A DNA stretch of 64,000 bases from Eledone cirrhosa (lineage: Eukaryota): NCBI GenBank assembly GCA_964016885.1, contig OZ024752.1, positions 5,828,001 through 5,892,000 of the forward strand. Direction: 5' to 3'. Below the pieces are notes generated by a model. That model worked only from the letters and a program-made list of their open reading frames with translations. It was not told the DNA's origin and searched no databases. The position numbers and the translations under genes are program-made. Below, piece after piece: positions 26,601-41,130 of this stretch; the first letter of the stretch is position 1; the number at the start of each line of letters is the position of its first letter.

Positions 26601-26647
26601 ACGCACATACATTATAATATATAACTTCCTCCATATATATATATATT

Positions 26648-26706
26648 TAATATAGAAATGGCTTCTACAGGTCTAGAACTGTTTCATTCAAAAGAAATCG
26701 TCAGTG
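26648..26706 (-). mobile_element. Penelope-like end fragment with hammerhead core (family of 58350 and 61790)
   Basis: Reverse complement CTGACGA-tttc-tttt-gaat-GAAA-cagttctagacctgtagaagcc. Confidence 0.55.
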
Positions 26707-28109
26707 CTTCTACACAGTTTCCATCTATCAAATTCCACTCCAAAGACATTGAACAACCTTGCCAAAGATGCTGAGCTATATTTTTACATCTTAACTATCA
26801 TAAATATTAGTAACTTTTGAAAAATAAATCTCAAAAAAACAGCAATATATTTTTTTAAAAGACAATCTTTTTTTAAAATATTAAGAGAACTTTCCAGATT
26901 TTTTCATTGGTAACAGATTGTGAAAGTGAAAATAGATATGTTATCGACACGTTAAGTTTTGAATAAAGAAATATATCCTATGTCACCAATGACATGTTTA
27001 GTTGTATTCAGAGCTGTCATGGATTAAATAGCAGTCAAATATTTGTAGAAATTGATCAGATTTGACTGAATTTCATTACACATCTTCAGATTATTGGTGA
27101 CATACTTAAATGTTGTGACCCACCTGGAGATTATTGGTGATACACTAAAGTGTTGTGAGACACTAAAGTGTTGTGATACACTAAAGTGTTGTGAGACACT
27201 AAAGTGTTGTGAGACATATCTCGAGAGTATTTGGAAAATTCTGGCTTTGAATGAGAAAGTTTTAGAATATAAATATGTCTGTTACTTGGCACCATTTTAT
27301 AGCAGTAAAGCACCAGACTAGTTCCACTGCTTTAGGAGTTAAAAACACAGATGGGTCAATCTTGTCGTTCATTTCAATATGATTGCTAAAAATAACTTGC
27401 TATAAATAAATATATACTACTCTCATCCCAAGACAAATTTACCATCTGCCCTAAGAAATGGGGGTGGGATGACTATGTGCCCTTTCACCATTGAAGTTCT
27501 GAAGAAGATAAAGGGCAGATAAATTATACAGTGATCCCCTTTAAACCTTACGTTTGGTGCCTCCTTAACCTTTTTAGATTTGAAAGGTTACCTCAGATTA
27601 ACCGTTTCGTTACCATAATTCTAATGAAAGATGCAGCCTTTCTCATTATTAAGCTGGGGTTTAGAACAATTAAACAAAAATTATGGTAGAAAGTGTTTAA
27701 ATCTAAACACTAACTCTTCTGTAGTCAAATCTCTAATGAAAGACTACACCAATGATTTTCAAAACCTTTGGAAAAGATTAATGAATTTAGAGAGCTGAAA
27801 GTGAAAGATTGAATACAAATCAATATTGAACAAACTTTCACCTCATAAAGATTAGATTTGTGGGAAGTGATAATATTTTCAACATACAGGCATAGGTATG
27901 GCTCTGTGGTTCTGGGATGAGCCCCAATGTGTGGCACCTTGAGCCATACAGTCACTCCTCAATAGCTTCAGCTTGATCTATGTAATTTGGCAGACAGAAA
28001 CTGTGCAGAAGTTCTAAAAGTTCTACCAATTCAGCACTTAACTCAATAATTTACATATTATTATTAAAGTCATCCCACAGGAACACAACCTGACATGAAA
28101 GATCTTCCC

Positions 28110-28478
28110 CTAACCACCACCACCACCAATACCATCAACACCAACTCCACAAACACCACCACCAACAGCACCACCACCACCACCAATACAACCAACACCA
28201 CCAACACCACCACCACCAATACCATCAACACCGCCAACACCAACACCAACAGCACCACCACCAACACCACCACCAATACAACCAACACCACCAACACCAC
28301 CACCACCACCAACACCACACTCTCACCACCACCAATACCACCAACATCACACTCTCACCACCACCAACAACACCACCACCAACACCACCACCAACACCGA
28401 CACCACCAACACCACCACCACCGCCACCACCACCACAAACACCACAACCATCATCATCATCATCATCATCATCACCAT
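28110..28478. repeat. (ACC/AAC)n and (CAT)n simple repeat
   Basis: Directly visible. Confidence 0.95.
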
Positions 28479-28779
28479 AATGTATGCATGGTAGCAGTCA
28501 GAAATATAAATAACTTCATTATTTTAACAATACAGATATACTATATATAAATATATATAAATAAATGTATATTTTTATAGTTTAACAGACAATGACTCCC
28601 CCTGGTATTACTCAGGGTTTGCTAGACACATGACTATGTGGAAATAAATTTATAAATGTCTGTCTTTTTACTCTTTTATTGCTGACTGAGGCCATGCTGG
28701 AATACCACCTTCATTTAGTCTATCATATCAACCCCAGTACTTATTGATATAGTGTATTAGTGTATTGTGTATTGATATA

Positions 28780-28960
28780 GTGTATTGTGTATTGATATTG
28801 TGAATTAGTTTAATGCTTGATATAGTTGGAAAAGAACCTTGATGTGTTGAACTCTAGTCCTTCATCAGAAGATAAAAAGATTGGAAAATAGAGAAAAAAG
28901 CAGAAAAAAAAGGGTGAAAAGACAAGGAAAATTGTAAAATAGAGAGAAAGCTCATGTTGT
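28780..28960 (-). mobile_element. Degenerate Penelope-like 3' end (family of 26300-26600)
   Basis: Reverse complement ttCTGATGAaggactagagttcaacacatcaaggttcttttccaactatatcaagc. Confidence 0.6.
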
Positions 28961-29188
28961 GGTTAGTCAGCTATCTTGAATATAAATATATGTGTATGTG
29001 TGTATGTTTATATATATATATATATATATACAATATATATATATATATTGTAACTAACAAAGTTGTTTACCTGAAGAAAGGGGTGAAAATCTTGGTAGGA
29101 TCCATGAAATAATTCAACCAAAGTCACAGATGTTTGGTTTATTATTATTGAAAACAATAAGATTGCTGATAGTTCTGTTGTTATAAAT

Positions 29189-30552
29189 CAGTGGTTCCCA
29201 ATCTTGGATCTGTGAACCCTTGGGGGACAACGAAGATAGTTCTGGGGTCCTAGAGTAAATCCTAACAAGTCATCTGGTTCCTCCAGCCTCATGGCACCAC
29301 GGAATTTCAAGTACTTTGTTAAAAACAATATATACACACTATTGGGTATCCAGTCCTCTCAACAGAATATATACACACTATTGGGTATCCAGTCCTCTCA
29401 ACAGAATATATACACACTATTGGGTATCCAGTCCTCTCAACAGAATATATACACACTATTGGGTATCCAGTCCTCTCAACAGAATATATACACACTATTG
29501 GGTATCCAGTCCTCTCAACAGAATATATACACACTATTGGGTATCCAGTCCTCTCAACAGAATATATACACACTATTGGGTATCCAGTCCTCTCTACAGA
29601 ATATATACACACTATTGGGTATCCAGTCCTCTCAACAGAATATATACACACTATTGGGTATCCAGTCCTCTCAACAGAATATATACACACTATTGGGTAT
29701 CCAGTCCTCTCAACAGAATATATACACACTATTGGGTATCCAGTCCTCTCAACAGAATATATACACACTATTGGGTATCCAGTCCTCTCAACAGAATATA
29801 TACACACTATTGGGTATCCAGTCCTCTCAACAGAATATATACACACTATTGGGTATCCAGTCCTCTCTACAGAATATATACACACTATTGGGTATCCAGT
29901 CCTCTCAACAGAATATATACACACTATTGGGTATCCAGTCCTCTCAACAGAATATATACACACTATTGGGTATCCAGTCCTCTCTACAGAATATATACAC
30001 ACTATTGGGTATCCAGTCCTCTCTACAGAATATATACACACTATTGGGTATCCAGTCCTCTCAACAGAATATATACACACTATTGGGTATCCAGTCCTCT
30101 CTACAGAATATATACACACTATTGGGTATCCAGTCCTCTCAACAGAATATATACACACTATTGGGTATCCAGTCCTCTCAACAGAATATATACACACTAT
30201 TGGGTATCCAGTCCTCTCTACAGAATATATACACACTATTGGGTATCCAGTCCTCTCAACAGAATATATACACACTATTGGGTATCCAGTCCTCTCAACA
30301 GAATATATACACACTATTGGGTATCCAGTCCTCTCAACAGAATATATACACACTATTCGGTATCCAGTCCTCTCAACAGAATATATACACACTATTGGGT
30401 ATCCAGTCCTCTCTAATTCTAAACATTCCTCTGCCTTTCAATTGCTCTACCAATTCTATAACAATCTAGGAAGAATTACAGCAAAAAGGTCCACGGGGAA
30501 AATTATTTGAAATAAAAGAGGTCCTTTGTAGTGTAAAGGTGAGAAACCACTG
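29189..30552. mobile_element. hAT-like MITE containing a minisatellite
   Basis: TIRs cagtggttccca / tgagaaaccactg. The 8-bp flanks ttataaat / ttataggt match at 6 of 8 positions. Confidence 0.75.
29327..30415. repeat. 39-bp minisatellite, about 28 copies
   Basis: Unit aatatatacacactattgggtatccagtcctctc(a/t)acag. Confidence 0.97.
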
Positions 30553-30854
30553 TTATAGGTTGTAGTGTTGTGTATCTCTGTGATTAGCTTAAGAGTACTC
30601 CCGGTTAAGCAAGAGGCAGATGTTTTTATATATGTTCAACATTCTAGCAAAGGACTCTAGTCAGCTCCCTCTTTATATATATATGTGTGTATGTGCATGT
30701 GTGTGTATGTGTGTGTGTGTGTGTGTAATGTATGTATGTATATGTGTGTGGAGGTGATGTACTCCCTATGATTTAGGATACACAAAAAAATGTGGTTCCC
30801 ATTTCAAAGATAGGAGGGAAACTTAGTGAGGGACGGAGAAAGATTCCTGCTACT

Positions 30855-31135
30855 ACAGACAGACAGGCAGACTGACTGACTGACAGAGAGACAGACAGGC
30901 AGACAGACAGACAGACTGACTGACTGACAGAGAGACAGACAGGCAGACAGACAGACAGACTGACTGACTGACAGAGAGACAGACAGGCAGACTGACTGAC
31001 TGACAGAGAGACAGACAGGCAGACAGACAGACAGACTGACTGACTGACAGAGAGACAGACAGGCAGACAGACAGACAGACTGACTGACTGACAGAGAGAC
31101 AGACAGGCAGACATACAGGCAGACAGACAGACAGA
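30855..31135. repeat. Compound GACA/GACT tetranucleotide repeat
   Basis: Directly visible. Confidence 0.93.
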
Positions 31136-31262
31136 GGTTGTCTTGAAGTTATTAAAATTGGTGTAAGCTGTGGTGGTGGTGGCAGTGAAAGTGTGTTGTT
31201 GTTGTTGTTGGCAATAGCGGGAGTAGTGATAACATATGTGTGTATATATATATAATATATAT

Positions 31263-31297
<35 letters not shown>

Positions 31298-31396
31298 ATA
31301 TATGAGATACAAAGAGATAGATATAGCAAGACTGACAGATGTATGATGTAAGGTAATGATGTCAGTATGTACATGTGAATATATATACAGACACAC

Positions 31397-31469
<73 letters not shown>

Positions 31470-31534
31470 TAACAGATTAAAGTTTAAGCAAAGAATCGCT
31501 GCTTTCACCCTTTAGTCTTCAAATTTATTATTAT

Positions 31535-31617
<83 letters not shown>

Positions 31618-31652
31618 TGTTGTGATGGAGCTGTTGTTGCTAGTTATAATGA

Positions 31653-31686
<34 letters not shown>

Positions 31687-31868
31687 CATACATACATTGT
31701 TGTGATGGTGCTGTTGTTGTTAGTTATGATATATGTATATATACACACACACACACATATATACACTGTTGTTGCTAGTTATGATATATGTATATATACA
31801 CACACACACACATATATACACTGTTGTTGCTAGTTATGATATACATATATATATATGTATATATACAC

Positions 31869-32440
31869 ATAAAAAAAGTGCAGGGCGATAAAAATAGACG
31901 GTAGCCACGAAGTAGGCAGACCCAGAAAAACCTGGGACGACTTGATAAATTCCGACCTCACACACTTACACCTCTCCAAGACAATGTCACTGGACCGAGA
32001 TCTTTGGCGCTACACAGTAATACAGAAGACCCGCCTTGCCTAAATACAAAGTGAAACCTACTACATTCAGTAGGCACCTCTAACAAAAATACCCCCCCCC
32101 CCCTCCCCACACACACACACTCCATCCACACCACCCCTTTCAATGTAAAGTCATGTTGGTACCACAACATCCAGTCCGAAAAAAATGAGGTCGTGTAGGT
32201 GTCACGACAAAAAAAACACACAGTCCACGCTGTAATGTGGCCGTGTAGGTAACACGGTAAAAACCTCCCAGTCCACACTGTAAACGTGGTTGGTGTTAGG
32301 AAGGGCTTCCAGCCGTAGAAAACCCGCCAGACAGTCCTATACGAGCAAGTCAACTAATCTTGCCTCAAGTGGGAAAATTTCCGTCCAAACCCATGCAAGC
32401 GTGGAAGATGGACGTTAAACGATGATGATGATGATGATGA
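31869..32440 (+). mobile_element. RTE 3' fragment
   Basis: Matches 9667-10236. Confidence 0.92.
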
Positions 32441-32494
32441 TATACACACACACACCTATATACACTGTTGTTGCTAGTTATGATATATATATAT

Positions 32495-32840
32495 GGAGGC
32501 ACATGGCTTAGTGGTTAGAGCATTGGGCTTGCAATCAAAAGTTGTGAGTTCAATTCTCGGACCGGGTGATGTGTTGTTTCCTTGAGCAAGACACTTTATT
32601 TCACATTGCTCCAGTTTACTCAGCTGTAGAAATGAGATGATAGGGACTGGGGTCCCTATCATTCCACTGTAAAGTGGTCGTGAAGGTGCCACGGCAAAAA
32701 AGCACCCAGCACTCACTGTAAATGAGATTGGTGTTAGGAAGGGCATCCAGATGTAGAAATCAAGCCAGAATCAGTTCCCGTCCCACCCTGGCAAGCAGGG
32801 AAAAGTTGACGTAAAATGAAATGATGAAAATGATGATGAT
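32495..32840 (+). mobile_element. Full-length CORE-like SINE with RTE tail
   Basis: Near-identical to 6310-6673. Confidence 0.9.
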
Positions 32841-33023
32841 ATATATATATATATATACAGTATTTACGTATCAAGAAAGAGAAAAAAAGGGGAGGATAGG
32901 TGATACATATAGTTATTTGCCAAGTAGCGTATGCCAAAGGTGCTCGATACTAGTGCAGGAAGTGTTAAATATTCGAAGTGTTAATATTTAGTGGGCTAGA
33001 GAATTAGCAGAGCGTGTATATAT

Positions 33024-33074
<51 letters not shown>

Positions 33075-33075
<1 letters not shown>

Positions 33076-33267
33076 ATATATACACTGTTGTTGCTAGTTA
33101 TGATATATATATATATATATATACACACACTTATATACACTGTTGTTGCTAGTTATGATATATATATATATATATATACACACACTTATATACACTGTTG
33201 TTGCTAGTTATGATGTATATATATATATATACACACACACTTATATACACTGCTGTTGCTAGTTATG

Positions 33268-33301
<34 letters not shown>

Positions 33302-33326
33302 TTATATACACTGCTGTTGCTAGTTA

Positions 33327-33368
<42 letters not shown>

Positions 33369-33448
33369 TTATATACACTGTTGTTGCTAGTTATGATGTA
33401 TATATATATATATATACACACACTTATATACACTGCTGTTGCTAGTTA

Positions 33449-33492
<44 letters not shown>

Positions 33493-33573
33493 TTATATAC
33501 ACTGCTGTTGCTAGTTATGATGTATATATATATATATATACACACACTTATATACACTGTTGTTGCTAGTTAT

Positions 33574-33604
<31 letters not shown>

Positions 33605-33745
33605 TTATATACACTGCTGTTGCTAGTTATGATATATATATATATATATATATACACACACTTATATACACTGCTGTTGCTAGTTATGATATATATATAT
33701 ATATATATATACACACACTTATATACACTGCTGTTGCTAGTTATG

Positions 33746-33779
<34 letters not shown>

Positions 33780-34529
33780 TTATATACACTGCTGTTGCTA
33801 GTTATGATATATATATATATATATATACACACACTTATATACACTGCTGTTGCTAGTTATGATATATATATATATATATACACACACACTTATATACACT
33901 GCTGTTGCTAGTTATGATATATATATATATATATATACACACACTTATATACACTGCTGTTGCTAGTTATGATATATATATATACACACACTTATATATA
34001 CTGCTGTTGCTAGTTATGATATATATATATATATATACACACACTTATATACACTGCTGTTGCTAGTTATGATATATATATATATATATACACACACTTA
34101 TATACACTGCTGTTGCTAGTTATGATATATATATATATATATATACACACACTTATATACACTGCTGTTGCTAGTTATGATATATATATATATATATACA
34201 CACACTTATATACACTGCTGTTGCTAGTTATATATATATATACACACACTTATATACACTGCTGTTGCTAGTTATGATGTATATATATACACACACTTAT
34301 ATACACTGTTGTTGCTAGTTATGATATATATATATATATATATACACACACTTATATACACTGCTGTTGCTAGTTATGATATATATATATATACACACAC
34401 TTATATACACTGTTGTTGCTAGTTATGATATATATATATATATATATATACACACACTTATATACACTGTTGTTGCTAGTTATGATATATATATATACAC
34501 ACACTTATATACACTGCTGTTGCTAGTTA

Positions 34530-34577
<48 letters not shown>

Positions 34578-35072
34578 TTATATACACTGTTGTTGCTAGT
34601 TATGATATATATATATATATATACACACTTATATACACTGCTGTTGCTAGTTATGATATATATATATATACACACACTTATATACACTGCTGTTGCTAGT
34701 TATGATGTGTATATATATATATATATATACACACACTTATATACACTGCTGTTGCTAGTTATGATGTGTATATATATATATATATACACACACTTATATA
34801 CACTGCTGTTGCTAGTTATGATATATATATATACACACACTTATATACACTGCTGTTGCTAGTTATGATATATATATATATATATACACACACTTATATA
34901 CACTGCTGTTGCTAGTTATGATATATATATATATATACACACACTTATATACACTGCTGTTGCTAGTTATGATATATATATATATATATATATACACACT
35001 TATATACACTGCTGTTGCTAGTTATGATGTATATATATACACACACTTATATACACTGCTGTTGCTAGTTAT

Positions 35073-35105
<33 letters not shown>

Positions 35106-35130
35106 TTATATACACTGCTGTTGCTAGTTA

Positions 35131-35170
<40 letters not shown>

Positions 35171-35251
35171 TTATATACACTGCTGTTGCTAGTTATGATA
35201 TATATATATATATATATACACACACTTATATACACTGCTGTTGCTAGTTAT

Positions 35252-35284
<33 letters not shown>

Positions 35285-35513
35285 TTATATACACTGCTGT
35301 TGCTAGTTATGATATATATATATATATATACACACACTTATATACACTGCTGTTGCTAGTTATGATATATATATATATATATATATACACACACTTATAT
35401 ACACTGCTGTTGCTAGTTATGATATATATATATACACACACTTATATACACTGCTGTTGCTAGTTATGATATATATATATACACACACTTATATACACTG
35501 CTGTTGCTAGTTA

Positions 35514-35549
<36 letters not shown>

Positions 35550-35665
35550 TGCTGTTGCTAGTTATGATATATATATATATATATACACACACTTATATAC
35601 ACTGCTGTTGCTAGTTATGATATATATATATACACACACTTATATACACTGCTGTTGCTAGTTAT
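33075..35665. repeat. Compound satellite: constant unit of about 36 bp separated by variable (TA)n
   Basis: cacacacttatatacactgctgttgctagttatga(ta)n, roughly 45-50 copies (estimated). Diverged precursors lie at 31615-31850 and 32460. Confidence 0.95.
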
Positions 35666-35764
35666 AAAGATGTTAATGAAAGCAGAATACTTCTACACAA
35701 GTTGAGATATGAACCTGAAGGAGGCAGGAACTTTTACTACAAACATAAAACATAGTTTTTAGCC

Positions 35765-35871
35765 ACTCTCTCTCTCTCTCTCTACCTCTCTCTCTCTCTC
35801 TCTATCTATCTATATATATCTCCATCTACCTCTCTCTCTCTCTATCTATATATATATATATCTCTATCTAC

Positions 35872-35905
<34 letters not shown>

Positions 35906-35953
35906 CTCTATCTACCTCTCTCTCTCTCTCTATATATATATATCTCTATCTAC

Positions 35954-35989
<36 letters not shown>

Positions 35990-35999
35990 CTCTATCTAC

Positions 36000-36047
<48 letters not shown>

Positions 36048-36049
36048 AC

Positions 36050-36089
<40 letters not shown>

Positions 36090-36093
36090 CTAC

Positions 36094-36135
<42 letters not shown>

Positions 36136-36254
36136 ACCTCTCTCTCTCTCTATATATATATATATATCTCTATCTACCTCTCTCTCTCTCTCTCTATCTA
36201 TCTACCTCTCTCTCTCTATCTACCTCTCTCTCTCTCTATATATATATATATATC

Positions 36255-36287
<33 letters not shown>

Positions 36288-36305
36288 ACCTCTCTACCTC
36301 TCTCT
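35765..36305. repeat. Compound ctacc(tc)n(ta)n repeat
   Basis: Directly visible. Confidence 0.93.
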
Positions 36306-36409
36306 CACTCAACAAACAATATGTTACTATATATCTTCAGTAGTGTTAGTATGGCCAGATGTGGTGTTAGGAGGGTCCAGGAGCTCCCTGGGGCACAATT
36401 ACAAAACCT

Positions 36410-38346
36410 CCACCACCCCATATCACACCCCCACCACCCCATATCACATCCTCCACCCTCATATCACCCCCCAACCATATCACACCCCCACCACCCCATA
36501 TCACCCCACCACCACCCATATCACACCCCACCACCTCATATCACATCCCCACCACCCCATATCACACCCCCACCACGTCAGAACACCCCCCCCCACCACC
36601 ACCACCCACATCACACCCCCACCACCTCATCACATGAGGGAGTCAGAGGAGATAGCCATCTCTGAAGGAGGCCAGATGTGGGGGAGAAAGAAAGTGGGGG
36701 GGGGCATAAAAAAGGGGGCCAGTTGTAATGGGGGCGGTGTATTGGTGTGATGGTAGTGTTGTGGTGATGGTAGTGAGGCGGTGGTGGTGTGGTGATGGTG
36801 TTGTGGTGGTGGTGTGGGGGTTGTGTGGGCTGTGATGGTGGCGTTGTGGTGGTGTAGTGGTGGTGGTGGTGTAGTGGTGATGGTAGTGAGATGGTGGTAG
36901 TGTTGTGGTGGTGGTGTAGTGGTGATGGTAGTGAGGTGGTGGTGGTGTAGTGGTGGTGGTGGTGTAGTGGTGATGGTAGTGAGGCGGTGGTGGTGGTGTG
37001 GTGATGGTGTTGTGGTGGTGGTGTGGGGGTTGTGTGGGCTGTGATGGTGGTGTTGTGGTGGTGTAGTGGTGGTGGTGGTGTAGTGGTGATGGTATTGAGA
37101 TGGTGGTAGTGTTGTGGTGGTGGTGTAGTGGTGATGGTAGTGAGGTGGTGGTGGTGTAGTGGTGGTGGTGGTGTAGTGGTGATGGTAGTGAGGCGGTGGT
37201 GGTGGTGTGGTGATGGTGTTGTGGTGGTGGTGTGGGGGTTGTGTGGGCTGTGATGGTGGTGTTGTGGTGGTGTAGTGGTGGTGGTGGTGTAGTGGTGATG
37301 GTAGTGAGGCGGTGGTGGTGGTGTGGTGGTGGTGTGGTGATGGTGTTGTGGTGGTGTAGTGGTGGTGGTGGTGTAGTGGTGGTGGTGGTGTAGTGGTGGT
37401 GGTGGTGTAGTGGTGGTGGTGGTGTAGTGGTGATGGTAGTGAGATGGTGGTGGTGTTGTGGTGGTGTAGTGGTGATGGTAGTGAGGTGGTGGTGGTGTAG
37501 TGGTGGTGGTGTGGTGGTGGTGGTGGTGTGGTGGTTATGTGGGCTGTGATGGTGGTGTTGTGGTGGTGTAGTGGTGATGATAGTGAGGTGGTGGTGGTGT
37601 AGTGGTGGTGGTGGTGTAGTGGTGATGGTAGTGAGATGGTGGTGGTGTGGTGGTGGTGGTGTGGTGGTGGTAGTGAGGTGGTGGTGGTGTGGTGGTGGTG
37701 TTGTGGTGGTGGTGATCCTGTGGTGTAGTGGTGATGTGGTGGTGTAGTGGTGATGGTAGTGAGGTGGTGTGGTGGTGGTGGTGGTGTGGTGGTGGTGATC
37801 CTGTGGTGTAGTGGTGATGTGGTGGTGTAGTGGTGATGGTAGTGAGGTGGTGTGGTGGTGGTGGTGGTGTGGTGGTGGTGATCCTGTGGTGTAGTGGTGA
37901 TGTGGTGGTGTAGTGGTGATGGTAGTGAGGTGGTGTGGTGGTGGTGGTGGTGTGGTGGTGGTGATCCTGTGGTGTAGTGGTGATGTGGTGGTGTAGTGGT
38001 GATGGTAGTGAGGTGGTGTGGTGGTGGTGGTGGTGTGGTGGTGGTGATCCTGTGGTGTAGTGGTGATGTGGTGGTGTAGTGGTGATGGTAGTGAGGTGGT
38101 GTGGTGGTGGTGTGGTGGTGGTGATCCTGTGGTGTAGTGGTGATGTGGTGGTGTAGTGGTGATGGTAGTGAGGTGGTGTGGTGGTGGTGGTGGTGTGGTG
38201 GTGGTGATCCTGTGGTGTAGTGGTGATGTAGTGGTGTGGTGGTGGTGTAGTGGTGGTGGTGGTGGTGTAGTGGTGATGTAGTGGTGTGGTGGTGGTGTAG
38301 TGGTGGTGGTGGTGTAGTGGTGATGTAGTGGTGTGGTGGTGGTGTA
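36410..38346. repeat. CAC-rich then GGT-rich complex repeats with higher-order periodicity
   Basis: Directly visible; the marker gtgatcctgtggtgtag recurs about every 80 bp from 37712 to 38210. Confidence 0.93.
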
Positions 38347-38666
38347 GAGGATGATAAATGTAAAGGGAGATAAAGGGGAAAGCTGGGAGTTATTTGACCT
38401 GTCAGGTGAAATAGTTATACAACCTGAACTATCAATAAGGCACACTGTGTGTGTGTGTGTGTGTGTGTGCATACACACACACAGAACACACGCATACACA
38501 TACATGCACACAGTACAGACACACACACACACACGTGCACAGTACACACACACAAATAATATAAAAAATAACGAAAAACAAGCCCAAAGAAAATCTTGGT
38601 AATAACTTTGTTAACTATTATAATATTTCTAAACTACTTATATGTTTTAATTATCTTTGATTGTAA

Positions 38667-39082
38667 TTAATTCTTAACGTCCTGTACTGCATAAAACCAC
38701 ATTAATTCTTAACGTCCTGTACTGCATAAAACCACATTAATTCTTAACGTCCTGTACTGCATAAAACCACATTAATTCTAAACATCCTGTACTGCATAAA
38801 ACCACATTAATTCTAAACATCCTGTACTGCATAAAACCACATTAATTCTAAACATCCTGTACTGCATAAAACCACATTAATAAGACATTCTGGAAAATTA
38901 TAAAACAGTCCTATGATTGCAACACATTAAAGTCTTTACAACATTTCTTAATGTATATTAACAATATTTAAAATTTTTCACATAGATCTGTCAACTAGTA
39001 AAGATACTAAAAACATTTGAATTAACAAACACCTTTTAAACAAATATTTTCTGCTAAATTACTACAGGATATTAAGGGTTAA
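38667..39082. mobile_element. Second TTAA-type MITE with its left 35-bp terminus repeated 6 times
   Basis: Left ttaattcttaacgtcctg versus right caggatattaagggttaa (inverted). The body is similar to 55345-55590. Confidence 0.62.
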
Positions 39083-39925
39083 GAAATTGAAGGGATTTAA
39101 TAAAATACCTCTTTTGTTAAGAGGTGAATTGGCAAAGACAAAGTGTTGGATTGAATTCTGTGGTATTTGTTCTGATTCTCTGGACTATGGGTTGGGGCCC
39201 AACTTTGTCGACCTCGGTAGGACCTGAACATTGATCAAATGAACAACAATTTGAGACCAACTTTTACACAAGAAGAAGACAGCAGACATAATTACAGGTG
39301 TTCTACATGGAACCATATTACTTTTTACTTTTATCTTTAGTAATTACAAACTTCTAACAATGAACATTAAATTCTTCAAAAACAGATTTAGTGTTATTAA
39401 GTACAAACTCATTTTAGGTGTGTTCTATTATATTAAAAATGTAAACAGCATGTACCTCTAATAATTAGCTAAGTGTATTTATTGACTGTCACGCTAGAGA
39501 GATTGTATAGAAGTTGTCAATGGATAGTGAGTTGGTGATAGTAGGAGTGTATCAATGAACTGAGGGATAGTGAGTGAGAGTAGAAGAATTAAAGTGAAAG
39601 TTCCTCAGTGACAGTTGGAGCTAGCACTGAGATGAATTACAATACAACTTTCTTTCATTCAAATTATGGCATTTCCACTCCTACTAGCCATTCCACATTC
39701 TAGATTCTTCAAAACACATAGCAATACTAACATTTACACACACACACACATATGTGTGCATGATTGCATGTGTGTGTGTCTGTGTGTGTGTGTGTGTGTG
39801 AGTATCATTATCATCATTTTTACACCTGTATATACTGTAATGGGTCAGATTGTATAAAAAGGTCAATGAGTACATTTTTTTTCTTCAGTTTTTCTCTATA
39901 TTTGAAAATAAACTACATAATATAT

Positions 39926-39978
<53 letters not shown>

Positions 39979-40239
39979 GTGTTAGGAAGGGCATCCAGCT
40001 GTAGAAAACCCGCCAGACAGTCCACGCTGTAATGTGGCCGTGTAGGCAACACGGTAAAAACCTTCCAGCCCCACACTGTAAATGTAGTTGGTGTTAGGAA
40101 GGGCATCCAGCTGTAGAAAACCCCCCAGACAGTCCTATGCGAGCAAGACAACCACTCTTGCCTCAAGTGGGAAAACCCCCGTCCAAACCCATGCAAGCGT
40201 GGAACACGGACGTTAAACGTTGATGATGATGATGATGAT
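39979..40239 (+). mobile_element. RTE 3' UTR fragment with a rearranged 5' end
   Basis: Matches about 10012-10236. Its first 45 bp or so duplicate a downstream segment, joined at cagtcc. Confidence 0.88.
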
Positions 40240-40552
40240 ACAATATATTAATAAATGAAAACTATATTTATAAAACCATATTTATTTTATTATACATATT
40301 TCAAGGGCAACCAAACAAAGGCAAATTATGGTGCGCTTTCATCAGATAAAATACAGATTTGTTTTATAAATAAATATTGACATACCTGGAAAAAAAGTAT
40401 TTTTTTTCCAGGTATGTCAATATTTATTTATAAAACAAATCTGTATTTTATCTGATGAAAGCGCACCATAATTAACCTTGGTTGCTCTTGAAATATGTAT
40501 AATAAAATAACTATGGTTTTATAATTATAGTTTCCATTTATTAATATATTGT
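40240..40552. mobile_element. 313-bp fold-back Penelope-like end with a hammerhead on each strand
   Basis: Plus motif 40444-40509: stem I tattttat/ataaaata, CTGATGA at 40452, GAAA at 40490, then T-atgt-A-TA. The minus motif spans 40283-40353. Confidence 0.78.
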
Positions 40553-40638
40553 GTATTTACTCCACCACTGTTGAGTGCTTTATATCAGTTATAAAAATGT
40601 TTAAGCTTGTTGAATCCCAACAAATTAAATATAACCTC

Positions 40639-40698
<60 letters not shown>

Positions 40699-40904
40699 TA
40701 CAATATATTTATATAGTGTATACATAGTGTGAAAATATGTGTATGTGAGTATATATATATATATAATAAAACCAAGAGTCTGATGAGCCATCAATTCCAG
40801 AGTTGACCCTGATCGATACAGATCCAACCTTGAGCTGATCAATCGTGAAATGTGTGTCACACCTGAATAAACCTAACATTGAGACTGACACCTTGTTCCT
40901 ACTT

Positions 40905-41130
40905 ATTAACATGTCAACATGAATGGACCTGTTATTTTTATCTAAAGACATTTTTTCCAATTCCATCCCGCCCATCCCCTCAATCCATCTTATTTCTCAT
41001 TCTTTCTTCTGATGAAGGACTAGCGTCCGAAACGTTAAGACCCTCTTCCTGCTATATCAAGCGTTAACCTAATATATACCTTCCATATACTGTACCAATT
41101 GTGTTGTTATTTCTGTTTACCTTTTACATA
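40905..41130 (+). mobile_element. Penelope-like 3' end with minimal hammerhead (41005-41040)
   Basis: tctt-CTGATGA-a-ggac-tagc-gtcc-GAAA-cgtt-aaga. Stem III is reduced to the palindrome AACGTT. Confidence 0.75.

Noticed and set aside
29071-29140. Possible extra minus-strand exon ending at CAG|gtaaac
   Set aside because: The phase-compatible frame has a nearby TGA and shows no recognisable homology.
29291-30469. Three overlapping 357-392-aa repetitive ORFs
   Set aside because: By-product of a 39-bp array open in several frames inside a hAT-like MITE.
33075-35665. CRISPR-like repeat-spacer appearance (also 51275-52548)
   Set aside because: Spacers are microsatellites, not unique sequences; there are no cas genes and the context is a eukaryotic intron.
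36643-38553. 636-aa His/Thr/Pro-rich ORF
   Set aside because: Translation of a GGT-rich simple repeat that starts in (TG)n.
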